DNA from: a virus
DNA: 64,000 bases
Strand: one strand, 5' to 3'
IMG/VR virus record: IMGVR_UViG_3300032213_001637
Location: 1 to 64,000 of that record
In this document: piece by piece, positions 36,052 through 46,540 of the stretch
How the letters are laid out: the number at the start of each line of letters is the position of its first letter
Numbering within the stretch: the stretch's first letter is position 1
Translations under genes and position numbers: made by a program
The notes under the pieces: generated by a model
What the model was told of the DNA's origin: nothing
The model's input: the letters and a program-made list of their open reading frames with translations, nothing else
Database searches by the model: none

Positions 36052-37411
36052 AATACTTCAAAAAATACTCCAAATCTTCTGGTGTTCCCAATCCCCACAT
36101 CTTTTCAATGTTAAATGTACGAATACGTTTACCATCCATAATAGCTTCATTGAATACGGGACAAACATAAAACTCGTTATTAACCCGAATATTCTTTTGA
36201 ATCATCTGTTCGGCATACTTAACATAATCACTTCCACGTCTCCAATAGTATATGCCTACCGTCGCCACGTCACTTATAGGACGTTTTTCAGCAACTTCGG
36301 TAACATACCCAAATTCGTTCAGTTTTACATAACTCCACTTAGGATGTGTAGACTTAAAGGTAAGAATGTTACCGTCCAAATCCCCCGTTGTCGAGACATA
36401 AATGAACTCTTCATTGTTCCACTCCACAAACTGATCACTATTGGCAATAATAAGAGGTTCATCTTTATCGATAAATGTTTTTGCCAACAAGGTTGTACAT
36501 GCCGCGCCCTCAGTGATTCCCTCGACCTGAACAATTTCATTGTTGGGACAGAAATTATTCAATGTATCTTTTAGATTATACTTTTCAAAATGACTCTTTT
36601 GAACAATAAAGATATACTTCGATTCTACATTCAAATTGTCAACAACCCATTGAATCATAGGCTTTCCTCTTACATCAATCAAAGGTTTTGGAAATGTATA
36701 TCCCGCCTTTTCAAATCGACTTCCAGCTCCTGCCATTGGTATTAAAACATTCATTTTTCCTCCTTGCCACTTTGGTATTTTAACATTCTTATTTATACAA
36801 TCAATATGTCCAGTAATATGTTCATATGTTACATCTGATGAATTATTTACTCCAAGTAAATATGCCCCACTGTTGTTTGCCGCGTTACGTCCAATCACAC
36901 TATCTTCAATGATAAACGTTTCTTTAGGTGTTACACCAGCGGTAATCATTGATCTCAAATAAATTTCCGGGTGGGGTTTTGGATATTTAACATCTTCATT
37001 AGACAAATAAAAGTCAACATATTCCAATAATCCCAACTTCAATAAAGTAATCTTTACACTATCACGAATGCTGTTACTAGCAACTGCAATTGTATAACGA
37101 TGTTCATTTTTTAACTTTTTAAGAACTTCAATTAGTCGATTATCAGGTGATAACTCTTTCAACATTTGATAAGTATATGATTGTTTCCGTAGCCATATAC
37201 ATTGAAACTCTGTTCCAGATAATCCCTTTTCACGACCAAGTAAATCCAATTTCTTATGAGTACTCAGTCCATCATACTTGGCAAGATGTTCATCATATGA
37301 AATTTCATACTTTGGATCAACATCACGTAACGATTTGTTGAAGGCATCATAGTGAAGTTTCTTGGTTTCAACCAAAACTCCATCCAAATCAAAAACAATT
37401 AATTTAATCAT
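36026..37411 (-). CDS. HAD phosphatase fused to sugar nucleotidyltransferase
   Basis: FDLDGVL, ASNS, KPHPE, IEDS; second domain IPMAGAGSRF...PKPLI, EGAA, ANSD, GLGTPEDL. Confidence 0.88.
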   Translation of the reverse strand: MIKLIVFDLDGVLVETKKLHYDAFNKSLRDVDPKYEISYDEHLAKYDGLSTHKKLDLLGREKGLSGTEFQCIWLRKQSYTYQMLKELSPDNRLIEVLKKLKNEHRYTIAVASNSIRDSVKITLLKLGLLEYVDFYLSNEDVKYPKPHPEIYLRSMITAGVTPKETFIIEDSVIGRNAANNSGAYLLGVNNSSDVTYEHITGHIDCINKNVKIPKWQGGKMNVLIPMAGAGSRFEKAGYTFPKPLIDVRGKPMIQWVVDNLNVESKYIFIVQKSHFEKYNLKDTLNNFCPNNEIVQVEGITEGAACTTLLAKTFIDKDEPLIIANSDQFVEWNNEEFIYVSTTGDLDGNILTFKSTHPKWSYVKLNEFGYVTEVAEKRPISDVATVGIYYWRRGSDYVKYAEQMIQKNIRVNNEFYVCPVFNEAIMDGKRIRTFNIEKMWGLGTPEDLEYFLKYYETNITPR

Positions 37412-38196
37412 ACGTACTGAGTAACATCAAAATTTGGGTATACATGTTCAAAGTAATGAAACATATATGTACCCTCAGATGTTTTACGACTCATAATTAA
37501 CGAAGAATTAGGAAGTAAAGTTTTTATATTATTCAATTCGAATTGTTTTTTAAACAACAAATGAGATATACAGTTCTGACACATATCACATAGTGACAAT
37601 ATATCATCGTATACACTACAATAGACCTCAAATGGATGTTGTTTAGCAATACAGAAATTGTCATCTATCCATCCTTCTCCACATCCATATATCTTACCAC
37701 CACAATTAACTACGTGGTCAACGTGGGTAATAATAGAATCATCCGTTAACCGATTTAAATGATCTACATTAAATGGATGTCTCAATCCAACGTCAGGTCG
37801 AATACGAACATAATAGTCATATTTCATACTATTCATACGTTCATACTGTTTAACAATTTTATATAAACGATTTAACTTATAAAGCCAATACAATGTATTT
37901 GAAACTTTATTATCAGTGCTATGTTGATACTTCTTAATACGTTCCTGATGTTCGTTAAAATTATTAACAATACCACCGGTAAAAGGTGTCAGCGTTTCAA
38001 TGTCAGTAATTTTAAAATGTGGTTGAAACGCATCAATACATGATTCAGTATCGTGTTCATCCCAGAAAGATCCAAACATATCAACATTATGACCCGAATC
38101 TAAAAGTGGTTGAATCAAATTGTTTTTATTCAAATCTAACACCAAATTAAACCGTTCGGTTCTTCCTGACATCAAAATAGCAATATTCATAATCAA
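37408..38196 (-). CDS. Putative glycosyltransferase-like protein
   Basis: IAILMSGR...YDYYVRIRPD...DDNF pattern of glycan-locus proteins. Confidence 0.5.
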   Translation of the reverse strand: MIMNIAILMSGRTERFNLVLDLNKNNLIQPLLDSGHNVDMFGSFWDEHDTESCIDAFQPHFKITDIETLTPFTGGIVNNFNEHQERIKKYQHSTDNKVSNTLYWLYKLNRLYKIVKQYERMNSMKYDYYVRIRPDVGLRHPFNVDHLNRLTDDSIITHVDHVVNCGGKIYGCGEGWIDDNFCIAKQHPFEVYCSVYDDILSLCDMCQNCISHLLFKKQFELNNIKTLLPNSSLIMSRKTSEGTYMFHYFEHVYPNFDVTQYV

Positions 38197-40736
38197 AACT
38201 CAAAAAACTCAGATGCAGCTTTCCAATTTGAATTAGGATACTCCCACTTCAAAACCGTGTAAAAGTCAACAAGTTTACTCTTCAACTCTTGTTCATACAT
38301 GGTATCACGATCCATATACTTGGTGATAATATCCATAATCTGATGAGGATCCGTACCATCTGCCTTCATCGCAAGACACTCAATACCATACTCATTCTGT
38401 TTTAGATACACCCACTTGATTTTCTGACCATGAAATATCGGCGGAATAATCTTTGTCAAATTGAAATGAGTCAACAAATCATTATAGTACAACGACGCTT
38501 TAACCTGTGCAGGAGTACCAGATATAATTTGAAACGGTTGACGACTCTTAGGATTATAGTCAGCCTTAGTGGCTTCACTCTTGAACTTCACACTCGTATT
38601 CTTTGCAAGTTCAATAACACCAAAATTCTTCATGTCCTCTGTGAACTGTAGAATGTTGTTATTGATCGTCTCTTTATCAACATTCTTCAACAGATCAATC
38701 AAAAACTGTTTCATGAAGGTACGAAATTTGGCAGGAAACGACGTTCTAACTACGTCAATACCTTTAACTTCCAATTCGTCACACTCAACACCACCCTTGT
38801 TAATGATGAACTGACAATACCTTTTCTTAGCCAGCCAAAACGATGACTTAGCAATCACCTCTTGTTTTGCATCAAAACGATGATTCTTAACATTAAACAA
38901 ACGAACCGCCATAATGTCAAACATCTGATTAACATACTTCTGAACTTCTTCAGTAACTTTCAGAATAGCTTCAGTCATCTGTTTTTCATCATTCACATCA
39001 ATGTCAGGCATCGTTTTCTTGATAATAGGTAACGCACTGGCAAAACAAGAATCGGTATCAACATAAATGACATAATCGTTTCCATTAGCGTCATCACCCA
39101 ATACATTCTTATAATACTGGTTGATTGCCATATTCGCCGTCTTGATAATACTGACACCACTCAATGTAACTGCTTCAGCGTTGTCCTTATCATAAAAACG
39201 AAACACAGGAAGACCCAAACAACCATAAATGGAGTTTAGCAAGATCTTCTGCACCTTTTGACGTTGATCATAGAACTCATACATTTCCCATTCCTTTGCA
39301 TCAGCGTGTTTCTTAGCCAACTTACGCATTTCTTTACGTTCATTGAACCACTTAATTAGAATACTAGGAATTGTACCTTCTTGACCTTCTCCCTTTGGAA
39401 GTTTGTATACCGCTCCATTACTAGCAACGCTGAGATTGTTTTGAACCAACATTTCGTTAAAGTCCTGAGTAGAATACTTCTGACCACTGAGAATTACTTC
39501 AGTCAACTTACCACGAACAAAATCTTCGGCATTCCAATTTTCAACCTTCGCTATCTTAGTCTCAGGACTAATGTTGAGGCTGATAATGATATTAGGATAC
39601 ATTGATGTAAGGTCCAAGTCAAAAACCCAATCATAACGGCCAGGCACAGGAGGTTTAACATACGCACCTTCAAATCCTTCTTCTCCGTCTTCCAATCGTT
39701 GTTCATATTCTTCACGTCCTTCCAAAGGTTTGTTCGGAGCCACACGACCTTGACGACGCAAATAAATCAATATTGCACCTTCAAGGTAACGTGATGAAGT
39801 TCCAAAGTGTTCATAACCAACGTGTCCGGTATGACAAATACGACGTGCCAGATCAATGAATTGGAGTTTCTTATCAAGCGCCACAACGATCTTAACGTCA
39901 TTCAAGTTATATTCGATATATGTTTGAATGTCATCACGATACAAGTCGTTAAGACTTCCAGTATAAGTGATCTTATCAATATTGACTACCTTTTTACCAA
40001 TAGCACCAAGGGTATAACTCGGTTCATTTTTGCCACTGAACTTCTTGTAGAGTTCAATGTAGTCCATACATGAAACACCTGCTACGACCATTCGTTTGGC
40101 AAAGTTGTTATAATAACACTCATGAATTGGACTCAACCTCTTGGCAAAGTTGACACCCATCACACGTTTGATACGATTGTACAAATAAGGAACGTCGAAT
40201 CCATCAATGTTCCATCCTGTGATGATTGTGGGTTGAATTTCTTCCCATTTATTCATGAAGTGACTGATTAAAGATTCTTCATTATTGAAACTCTGAATAA
40301 TTGTATCATTGGTTTCACTGTCTTGAAGTTTACCTTCCTTATCCAAAATAAACGCTGTGTACTTGGATGTAGCACCATCATACAAAGCGATAGCAGTCAG
40401 TTCCTTATCACCCTCATCAATAATTGGAAATCCACCTTCGGAACTAACTTCAATATCGAAAAACACCACACGATGTCCCTTGGAAGGTTCATCACTGTCT
40501 TCGTAAGCGTCAATCAACACTCTTGTTTCGGGAGGAACGTCTCCTTCAAAGATTGAAGGATCGTTACGGTTGAAGTTTGTAACCTTTTCTAGTTCATCAC
40601 CGTAAACGGAACGATAACGTCCACCTGACTTCTTACGATACGCATACTTAGGTTGGGGAAACGTAACGTATCCCTTTTGATCGTCCCACAGGTGGACGGT
40701 TTCAGTTTTCTTGTCGATATAAATATTTTGATACAT
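38193..40736 (-). CDS. DNA polymerase, family B (gp43-like)
   Basis: Exonuclease FFDIE, GWNIDGFD, YNLND; polymerase DLTSMYP, KILLNSIYG, YVDTDS, KKRY. Confidence 0.97.
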   Translation of the reverse strand: MYQNIYIDKKTETVHLWDDQKGYVTFPQPKYAYRKKSGGRYRSVYGDELEKVTNFNRNDPSIFEGDVPPETRVLIDAYEDSDEPSKGHRVVFFDIEVSSEGGFPIIDEGDKELTAIALYDGATSKYTAFILDKEGKLQDSETNDTIIQSFNNEESLISHFMNKWEEIQPTIITGWNIDGFDVPYLYNRIKRVMGVNFAKRLSPIHECYYNNFAKRMVVAGVSCMDYIELYKKFSGKNEPSYTLGAIGKKVVNIDKITYTGSLNDLYRDDIQTYIEYNLNDVKIVVALDKKLQFIDLARRICHTGHVGYEHFGTSSRYLEGAILIYLRRQGRVAPNKPLEGREEYEQRLEDGEEGFEGAYVKPPVPGRYDWVFDLDLTSMYPNIIISLNISPETKIAKVENWNAEDFVRGKLTEVILSGQKYSTQDFNEMLVQNNLSVASNGAVYKLPKGEGQEGTIPSILIKWFNERKEMRKLAKKHADAKEWEMYEFYDQRQKVQKILLNSIYGCLGLPVFRFYDKDNAEAVTLSGVSIIKTANMAINQYYKNVLGDDANGNDYVIYVDTDSCFASALPIIKKTMPDIDVNDEKQMTEAILKVTEEVQKYVNQMFDIMAVRLFNVKNHRFDAKQEVIAKSSFWLAKKRYCQFIINKGGVECDELEVKGIDVVRTSFPAKFRTFMKQFLIDLLKNVDKETINNNILQFTEDMKNFGVIELAKNTSVKFKSEATKADYNPKSRQPFQIISGTPAQVKASLYYNDLLTHFNLTKIIPPIFHGQKIKWVYLKQNEYGIECLAMKADGTDPHQIMDIITKYMDRDTMYEQELKSKLVDFYTVLKWEYPNSNWKAASEFFEF

Positions 40737-40739
40737 AAC

Positions 40740-40973
40740 TTATTTGATATAACCCAACTTTGACTTCAAACTTTCATAGATGGAAAGGTGTTCTTCCTTA
40801 ATAGCAGTTTGTGTTGACAATACCCGTTCTGTCAACCAATGTTTTTGAATTGAAGGAAACAGCGCGGGTTCAATTTCAATGTCTGTAATAGCGGGCTTAT
40901 AAATCTTATTGACCATAAACCACAACATGGCTGTTTCATCCTCGTTTAGAGAATGTAGTTGTTCTAATGTCAT
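40740..40973 (-). CDS. Hypothetical protein
   Basis: 77-aa ORF; TTGACG-17 nt-TAAGGT upstream. Confidence 0.6.
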   Translation of the reverse strand: MTLEQLHSLNEDETAMLWFMVNKIYKPAITDIEIEPALFPSIQKHWLTERVLSTQTAIKEEHLSIYESLKSKLGYIK

Positions 40974-41004
40974 CGTATAACCTTAATCTACATTCGTCAA
41001 AACG

Positions 41005-41760
41005 TCAATTAATTTTAATCCCACGAACGTTTTTATCGATTACGCAAAATCGAACGTTCTTTGAATCTTCAACCAACGAATTGACTCCCAATAGATATGA
41101 TTCAGAGTCTCCATTTACAGTTTCTTTAATTGAGAATATATTGCCACGACGTATGGTGTCAACTCCTCTTCCTTGAAATTTGGGAGCGGGAACAATAACC
41201 ACGGTTTGGTTAACTTTGACGCTTTCTTTTCTCTTGGACGAATTATCCAAAATAACGGCTGATCCGTCAAGAACAATAACCACGGTGGTACGGTCATCGG
41301 CCTGAATGACAAATTTACCCTTGGATAAAATGATTGATGCCAATTTGGTGTTGATGGTAGCAATTGATTCGGCATTTCCTCCTTGATTAGAATAAACATC
41401 AAGTTCACCTTCAATCAGTGACAAAGATTTTGAGTAAGTTTCGTACTTAACCGTTTCTGGTAAAGCGTTTGTATTAACGAAGGTTTGATCAAAGTTGTCA
41501 ACGGTAACATGTGCCAATTCTTTAACTTTAACAAAAACATCGTCTGAAAATGCCACAGTTACTTCTGAATTGGTGGCTGTTTTGAACGCATAGTTTTGAC
41601 CGTTGACAGTATATGTTTGACCAATAACGGGAGAATTGGTGGATAAAACATTATTAACCACATTTTCTAAAACGACATCTCCGGTTGATTTTTGGATGTA
41701 AAGCACTCCGTTAGCGTAGGTGGTTAACGTGAACAATAGGGTGAATATTATATTTCGCAT
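41005..41760 (-). CDS. Secreted FecR-like beta-rich protein
   Basis: Signal peptide MRNIIFTLLFTLTTYA; L-x-EG-x-L, T-x-LA-x-I, GKF, VLDGS FecR-like pattern. Confidence 0.55.
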   Translation of the reverse strand: MRNIIFTLLFTLTTYANGVLYIQKSTGDVVLENVVNNVLSTNSPVIGQTYTVNGQNYAFKTATNSEVTVAFSDDVFVKVKELAHVTVDNFDQTFVNTNALPETVKYETYSKSLSLIEGELDVYSNQGGNAESIATINTKLASIILSKGKFVIQADDRTTVVIVLDGSAVILDNSSKRKESVKVNQTVVIVPAPKFQGRGVDTIRRGNIFSIKETVNGDSESYLLGVNSLVEDSKNVRFCVIDKNVRGIKIN

Positions 41761-41811
41761 AGGATTAGAAGATCTGGACTTTGAATATCGTATATGATAC
41801 TGTATATAAGT

Positions 41812-42729
41812 ATGTCTGAAATTACAGAAGAAAAAAACAAAAAGACTGTTAGCTTTTCACAATATTCGGGATGGTTTAAGTGTCCACACAGTTGGTATCT
41901 TAACTATTTGAAAGGTTTGCGTAAATATGAAGCGAGTTTAAACACGTGTTTTGGTACGGCTATTCACAACACCATTCAAGATTATATTAAGTTGCTATAT
42001 ACTGAAGGCGTTGAACAAGCAGATGAAATTGATTTGATCAAAAAGTTCCGTGAGGAATTTACAAGAATTCTTTCAGAAGAAAAGGATACTATTAAGGATC
42101 CATATACTGATGATGATGTTACTGGGTTCATGTTTGACGGTGAAGATATTTTGAAAACGTTTAGTAGTTCTGCTAATCGTATCAAGTATTTTCCAAGTCG
42201 TAAGTATGAGTTTATCGGTGTTGAAGTTCCGTTGGATGTTCCAATCAAGAATAACGTCCGATTCATTGCATATGTTGACTTGATTCTACGTGATAAAACT
42301 ACCGGTAAATACAAAATCTGGGATTTTAAAACCAGTACCATGGGATGGAACAAGTATCAGATTGCAGATGAAAGTAAGTATTCTCAATTGTTGTTGTACA
42401 AGGCTTTTTATTCCAAACAGTTTAACGTACATTTGGATGATATTGACGTTGAATTCTTTATCCTAAAACGTAAACTTTATGAGAATGCTGCGTTTCCTCA
42501 AAATCGAATTCAAATATTTGAACCATCTAACGCTAAAAACTATGTTTCAAAGTCTTTGGTGACATTTACATCTTTCATTGACGAGTGTTTTACGGCTGAA
42601 GGAACTTATAAAGAAGATGGTTATTATCCAAAGGTTCCGGGTAAGGCTAAAAAGAACTGTAAATACTGTACACATTATAAGACAAATTGTGACGGTAAAG
42701 AAACCAAAGACGATAAACAAGACAATTAA
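41812..42729 (+). CDS. PD-(D/E)xK Cas4/RecB-like exonuclease with probable Fe-S cysteines
   Basis: SFSQY...KCP, FGTAIH, YVDLI, WDFKT, QLLLY, CKYC-x6-C. Confidence 0.85.
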   Translation: MSEITEEKNKKTVSFSQYSGWFKCPHSWYLNYLKGLRKYEASLNTCFGTAIHNTIQDYIKLLYTEGVEQADEIDLIKKFREEFTRILSEEKDTIKDPYTDDDVTGFMFDGEDILKTFSSSANRIKYFPSRKYEFIGVEVPLDVPIKNNVRFIAYVDLILRDKTTGKYKIWDFKTSTMGWNKYQIADESKYSQLLLYKAFYSKQFNVHLDDIDVEFFILKRKLYENAAFPQNRIQIFEPSNAKNYVSKSLVTFTSFIDECFTAEGTYKEDGYYPKVPGKAKKNCKYCTHYKTNCDGKETKDDKQDN

Positions 42730-42772
42730 AAATAACAATTTTTAATTCGTATATATACGTATATACAAAGTT

Positions 42773-43003
42773 ATGTCAAAAGTCTTAACTAGCGTCAAAG
42801 TGGAACCAGATGTATATAATCAGTTCAAGCAAAATACAACACACACAAAGTTTCATTTACAAGACCTAGTTAATAGGTCAATGCATTTATTTTTAAATGA
42901 TTCATCGTTTAGAGACACGGTATTAAACTATAATATTCCAGTGTTATCCACAGAGAGTCAACAAACAAAATTACCAAGTTTAGAAAAATCAGAAACAGTA
43001 TAA
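42773..43003 (+). CDS. Small putative DNA-binding (ribbon-helix-helix-like) protein
   Basis: LTSVKV-x2-D-x-Y-x2-FK...LQDLVNRS. Confidence 0.55.
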   Translation: MSKVLTSVKVEPDVYNQFKQNTTHTKFHLQDLVNRSMHLFLNDSSFRDTVLNYNIPVLSTESQQTKLPSLEKSETV

Positions 43004-43009
43004 TAAGTT

Positions 43010-43561
43010 ATGAAAAAAAAGAAAATTCTCTTATTGAGTGATGATTTACGTATGCATAGTGGCATATCCACAATGAGTCGTGAATTAGTTATTGGTACCG
43101 TTCATCAGTATGATTGGGTTCAGATCGCAGGTGCGATTAACCACCCTGATCAAGGAAAGATTATCAACCTGAGCGACGAAATCAAAAAGAATACCAACAT
43201 CAACGATGCGTATGTCGTACTGTATCCTACTGCAGGATATGGTAACGAAGATATCTTGTACACGGTTATTGCACGAGAAAATCCCGATGCAATCATGCAT
43301 TTCACAGATCCTCGTTATTGGACTTGGTTGTACGCTATTGAACGTGAACTTCGTAAGAAGATTCCTATCACATATCTTAATATTTGGGATGATCTACCAT
43401 ATCCAATGTGGAATCGTCCATTTTATGAAAGCTGTGATGCGTTATTTAGCATCAGTAAACAAACATACAATATCAATAAGTGGGTACTTGGACCTGAAAA
43501 CTGTACCACTTTAGACGGTGATTTTGACAAAGAAGGTAACATTATCAAGGAGAACGTTTAA
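43010..43561 (+). CDS. GT4 glycosyltransferase, N-terminal half
   Basis: ILLLSDDLRMHSG, PDAIMHFTDPR, WDDLPYP, ISKQT. Confidence 0.8.
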   Translation: MKKKKILLLSDDLRMHSGISTMSRELVIGTVHQYDWVQIAGAINHPDQGKIINLSDEIKKNTNINDAYVVLYPTAGYGNEDILYTVIARENPDAIMHFTDPRYWTWLYAIERELRKKIPITYLNIWDDLPYPMWNRPFYESCDALFSISKQTYNINKWVLGPENCTTLDGDFDKEGNIIKENV

Positions 43562-43564
43562 TAT

Positions 43565-44536
43565 ATGTCAATCAAAAGAAAAACACTTTTACATTATGTA
43601 CCCCACGGAATTAATAGTGAGGTATTTAAACCAGTTGATGCGTCTGATAAAAATCTAATCGAAGGAAAGAAGAGATTCTTTAACGGTAACGAATATGACT
43701 ATACGATCTTTTTCAATAGTCGTAACGTCAAACGTAAACAGGTTTCAAATGTAATTCTTGCATACCGAATTTTCTGTGACAGTCTTCCCAAAGAAGACGC
43801 AAAAAAGGTATGTTTGATTTTACATACTGAGGTGATTGGTCAAAACGGTCACGGTACAGATCTTCCCTCAGTGAAAGAAGCAATTTGTCGTGATTATGTT
43901 GTATACTTTTCTCAACGTAAAATTACACCGGGAGAAATGAACTTGATGTATAATTTGTCAGATGTCACAATTAACGCGTCAAGTAACGAGGGATTTGGAT
44001 TGAGTATTAACGAGTCAATTATGTCCGGCACTCCAGTTATTGTGAGTGTTACTGGTGGTTTACAAGATCAAATTGGTCAAGTGGATGACAATGGAAATCA
44101 AATTGAATTCACCAAGGAATTTGGTTCCAACAATATTGGAAAGTATAAGAACCACGGTGTATGGGCAAAACCAGTCTGGCCACGGGTGCATGATATGCAC
44201 GGCAGTAATCAAACTCCATACATTTTTGATGACATGGTTGATTCACGTGATTTGGCAGAAGCAATGATGTATTGGTACCTACTTCCAAACGAAGAACGTG
44301 TTCGTCGTGGTGAAGAAGGTCGTAGATGGGCACTCAATGAAGGTGGATTGAACGCCGTCAACATGTGTAACCAGTTTATCAAAGCAATGGATTATACGAT
44401 AAACAACTTTCAACCCAGTGAAACTTTTAGTGTCCACACCACCAAAGAATTCATTGGACAATCACAACCCGATAATTGTATGGGCATTGACTTTGGTAAA
44501 GTTGATGTTGAAAAAATCAGAAAGGAAATTGTATGA
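43565..44536 (+). CDS. GT4 glycosyltransferase, C-terminal half
   Basis: YVPHGIN, RN-x2-RK, NEGFGLSINES, TGGLQDQ. Confidence 0.85.
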   Translation: MSIKRKTLLHYVPHGINSEVFKPVDASDKNLIEGKKRFFNGNEYDYTIFFNSRNVKRKQVSNVILAYRIFCDSLPKEDAKKVCLILHTEVIGQNGHGTDLPSVKEAICRDYVVYFSQRKITPGEMNLMYNLSDVTINASSNEGFGLSINESIMSGTPVIVSVTGGLQDQIGQVDDNGNQIEFTKEFGSNNIGKYKNHGVWAKPVWPRVHDMHGSNQTPYIFDDMVDSRDLAEAMMYWYLLPNEERVRRGEEGRRWALNEGGLNAVNMCNQFIKAMDYTINNFQPSETFSVHTTKEFIGQSQPDNCMGIDFGKVDVEKIRKEIV

Positions 44537-45222
44537 AGATTCAGATACTAAAAAATGAAACATATCAATCCGTAGATAATCTTCCCAAGAAGGGTACAGA
44601 TAGAGCTACAGGTTATGATGTAATTGCAACTAGTGGTCCAGAAATTATTGGAGAGACCAATGATCGTGGTGGATATAAACGTGTTGATTATATTCAATAT
44701 CGAACCAATCTAAAACTAGCCGTTCAAAAAGACCGTGTATTTAGTAACTTTGGTTATAATGATTTTGATCATGATATTCTAGCGTTTCCACGTAGTAGTA
44801 TCAGTAAATATAATCTAGTATTGGCTAATTGTATTGGACTGATTGATGCTGATTATCGTGGCGAAGTTTTACTTCGTTTCAAGTATATCTTTCAGCCAGA
44901 AGATTATAATATCATAGACAATCAAATTATAGGTGGTGTTAACCAAACTAAGATCTATAGTATTGGAGACAAAATCTGTCAACTTAAAGTGACTAAGGTA
45001 GAAAACGTAGAGTTCACACTTGTTGATGAATTGGACGTGACTGACCGTGGTGATGGTGGTTTTGGAAGTACTGATATTCCTAAACCAACAACAACCACAT
45101 CCGCATCTACTGGAAAAAGTATTGAAGATTTAATCAAACAAAAGGAAGGATATTTTCAAGCTAACGCTCAAAAGTATTCAGATATGATCAAGGAAAGAGA
45201 CAATAAAGTTTTTGGAAATTAA
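44533..45222 (+). CDS. dut: Trimeric dUTPase
   Basis: ATGYD, PRSSIS, GLIDADYRGE, ICQL, RGDGGFGST. Confidence 0.92.
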   Translation: MKIQILKNETYQSVDNLPKKGTDRATGYDVIATSGPEIIGETNDRGGYKRVDYIQYRTNLKLAVQKDRVFSNFGYNDFDHDILAFPRSSISKYNLVLANCIGLIDADYRGEVLLRFKYIFQPEDYNIIDNQIIGGVNQTKIYSIGDKICQLKVTKVENVEFTLVDELDVTDRGDGGFGSTDIPKPTTTTSASTGKSIEDLIKQKEGYFQANAQKYSDMIKERDNKVFGN

Positions 45223-45223
45223 T

Positions 45224-46540
45224 ATGAGTAAACCATTATGTGTTATACAAGGACCAATCTTTAGTCGAAGTGGCTATGGTGATTGGTCCAGAGAAGTCGC
45301 TAAAAGCATTCTACGTTACAATAAGTACGATCTACGTATTGCAACTACCAAGTGGGGTGCCAATCCAATTAAACGTTTTCAGGATGACTTGGATTGTAAT
45401 GATCCTCTCAATCTTGCATTGTTTGATAAAATGTTGAAGGAACCTTTAAATAGACAACCCGATTTGTTTATTCAAATCGCAATACCAAACGAGTTCAAAC
45501 CGATTGGCAAATACAACATCGGAATGACAGCTGGTATTGAAACAACAGCTGCTGCTGGAGAATGGATTGAAGGATTAAACAAGATGGACATGAACATTGT
45601 TACATCTCGTCATTCCAAAAAGGTATTTGATGAAGCAGACTATACCAAGGAGTATAAGGATGGAAGTGGACGTAAAGAGCAATTACGTAATAACAAACCT
45701 ATGGAAATATGTTTCTGGGGAGCCAATACCGAAATCTATAAGATTACCAATGAAAAAGTTGAGTCTGTAGAAAAGGTATTAAATCAAATTCCTGAAACCT
45801 TTGCGTTCTTGTTTGTTGGTCAATGGACTCACGAAAATCCATTCGCTGATCGAAAAGATATTGGTAACTTGATTAAGACGTTTCTTACTACGTTTAGAAA
45901 TCGTCCGCAAAAACCATGTTTGATTCTCAAGACAAGTGGAACTAACTACTCCAAAGTTGATAAGGATTCAATTTTGAAGAAGATTAAAGCGGCAGAATCA
46001 CAGGTTGACGGTGATAAACCCAACGTGTATTTAATCCATGGAGAACTCAATGATGTTGAAATGAACGCACTATTTAACCATGAAAAGGTTAAATGTCATG
46101 TCAGCTTTACACATGGTGAGGGTTTTGGTCACCCATTGTTGTTGGCATCACTCAGTGGAAAACCCGTTCTAGCTCCAGATTGGAGTGGACATTTGGATTT
46201 CTTGGAATCTAACAAAGAAGGTTTGTTGCAAGGAAAGGTCGATGTTATCGATTCCGCATCAGTTAACCAGTGGTTGATCAAGGAATCTGCATGGTTTACA
46301 GTATCATATAGTTTAGCAGAAGAACGATTGAAACAGTATTATTTCAGTATGAATCAAAGGACTAAAGATAACGCACTTGCATTGTCTGAACGTAATGCTG
46401 AACAATTTTCTACACATGCAATGGATAAGAAACTACATGAAATTTTAGAAAAATATGTTCCTCAATTTGCGGTAGAACAAAAGATAGTTATTCCTCAACT
46501 GAAAATGAATATACCATCTGTTCCTCAAATTAATGTATGA
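45224..46540 (+). CDS. GT4-like glycosyltransferase
   Basis: SRSGYG, TAGIET, FLFVGQW, RKDIG, GEGFG-x-PLL, WSGHLDF. Confidence 0.82.
   Translation: MSKPLCVIQGPIFSRSGYGDWSREVAKSILRYNKYDLRIATTKWGANPIKRFQDDLDCNDPLNLALFDKMLKEPLNRQPDLFIQIAIPNEFKPIGKYNIGMTAGIETTAAAGEWIEGLNKMDMNIVTSRHSKKVFDEADYTKEYKDGSGRKEQLRNNKPMEICFWGANTEIYKITNEKVESVEKVLNQIPETFAFLFVGQWTHENPFADRKDIGNLIKTFLTTFRNRPQKPCLILKTSGTNYSKVDKDSILKKIKAAESQVDGDKPNVYLIHGELNDVEMNALFNHEKVKCHVSFTHGEGFGHPLLLASLSGKPVLAPDWSGHLDFLESNKEGLLQGKVDVIDSASVNQWLIKESAWFTVSYSLAEERLKQYYFSMNQRTKDNALALSERNAEQFSTHAMDKKLHEILEKYVPQFAVEQKIVIPQLKMNIPSVPQINV

Noticed and set aside
33819-40736. Eukaryotic giant-virus or archaeal origin (PolB, RFC-like loader, many GTs)
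   Set aside because: Sigma70 promoters, an SD, intrinsic terminators, a lipobox and ATGA-coupled operons indicate a bacteriophage
38193-40736. Intein or intron in the DNA polymerase
   Set aside because: Normal length with contiguous motifs; no splice-junction or homing-endonuclease signatures
41812-42729. Cas4 as part of a CRISPR-Cas system
   Set aside because: No cas1/cas2 or array; solo Cas4-like nucleases are common phage recombination enzymes
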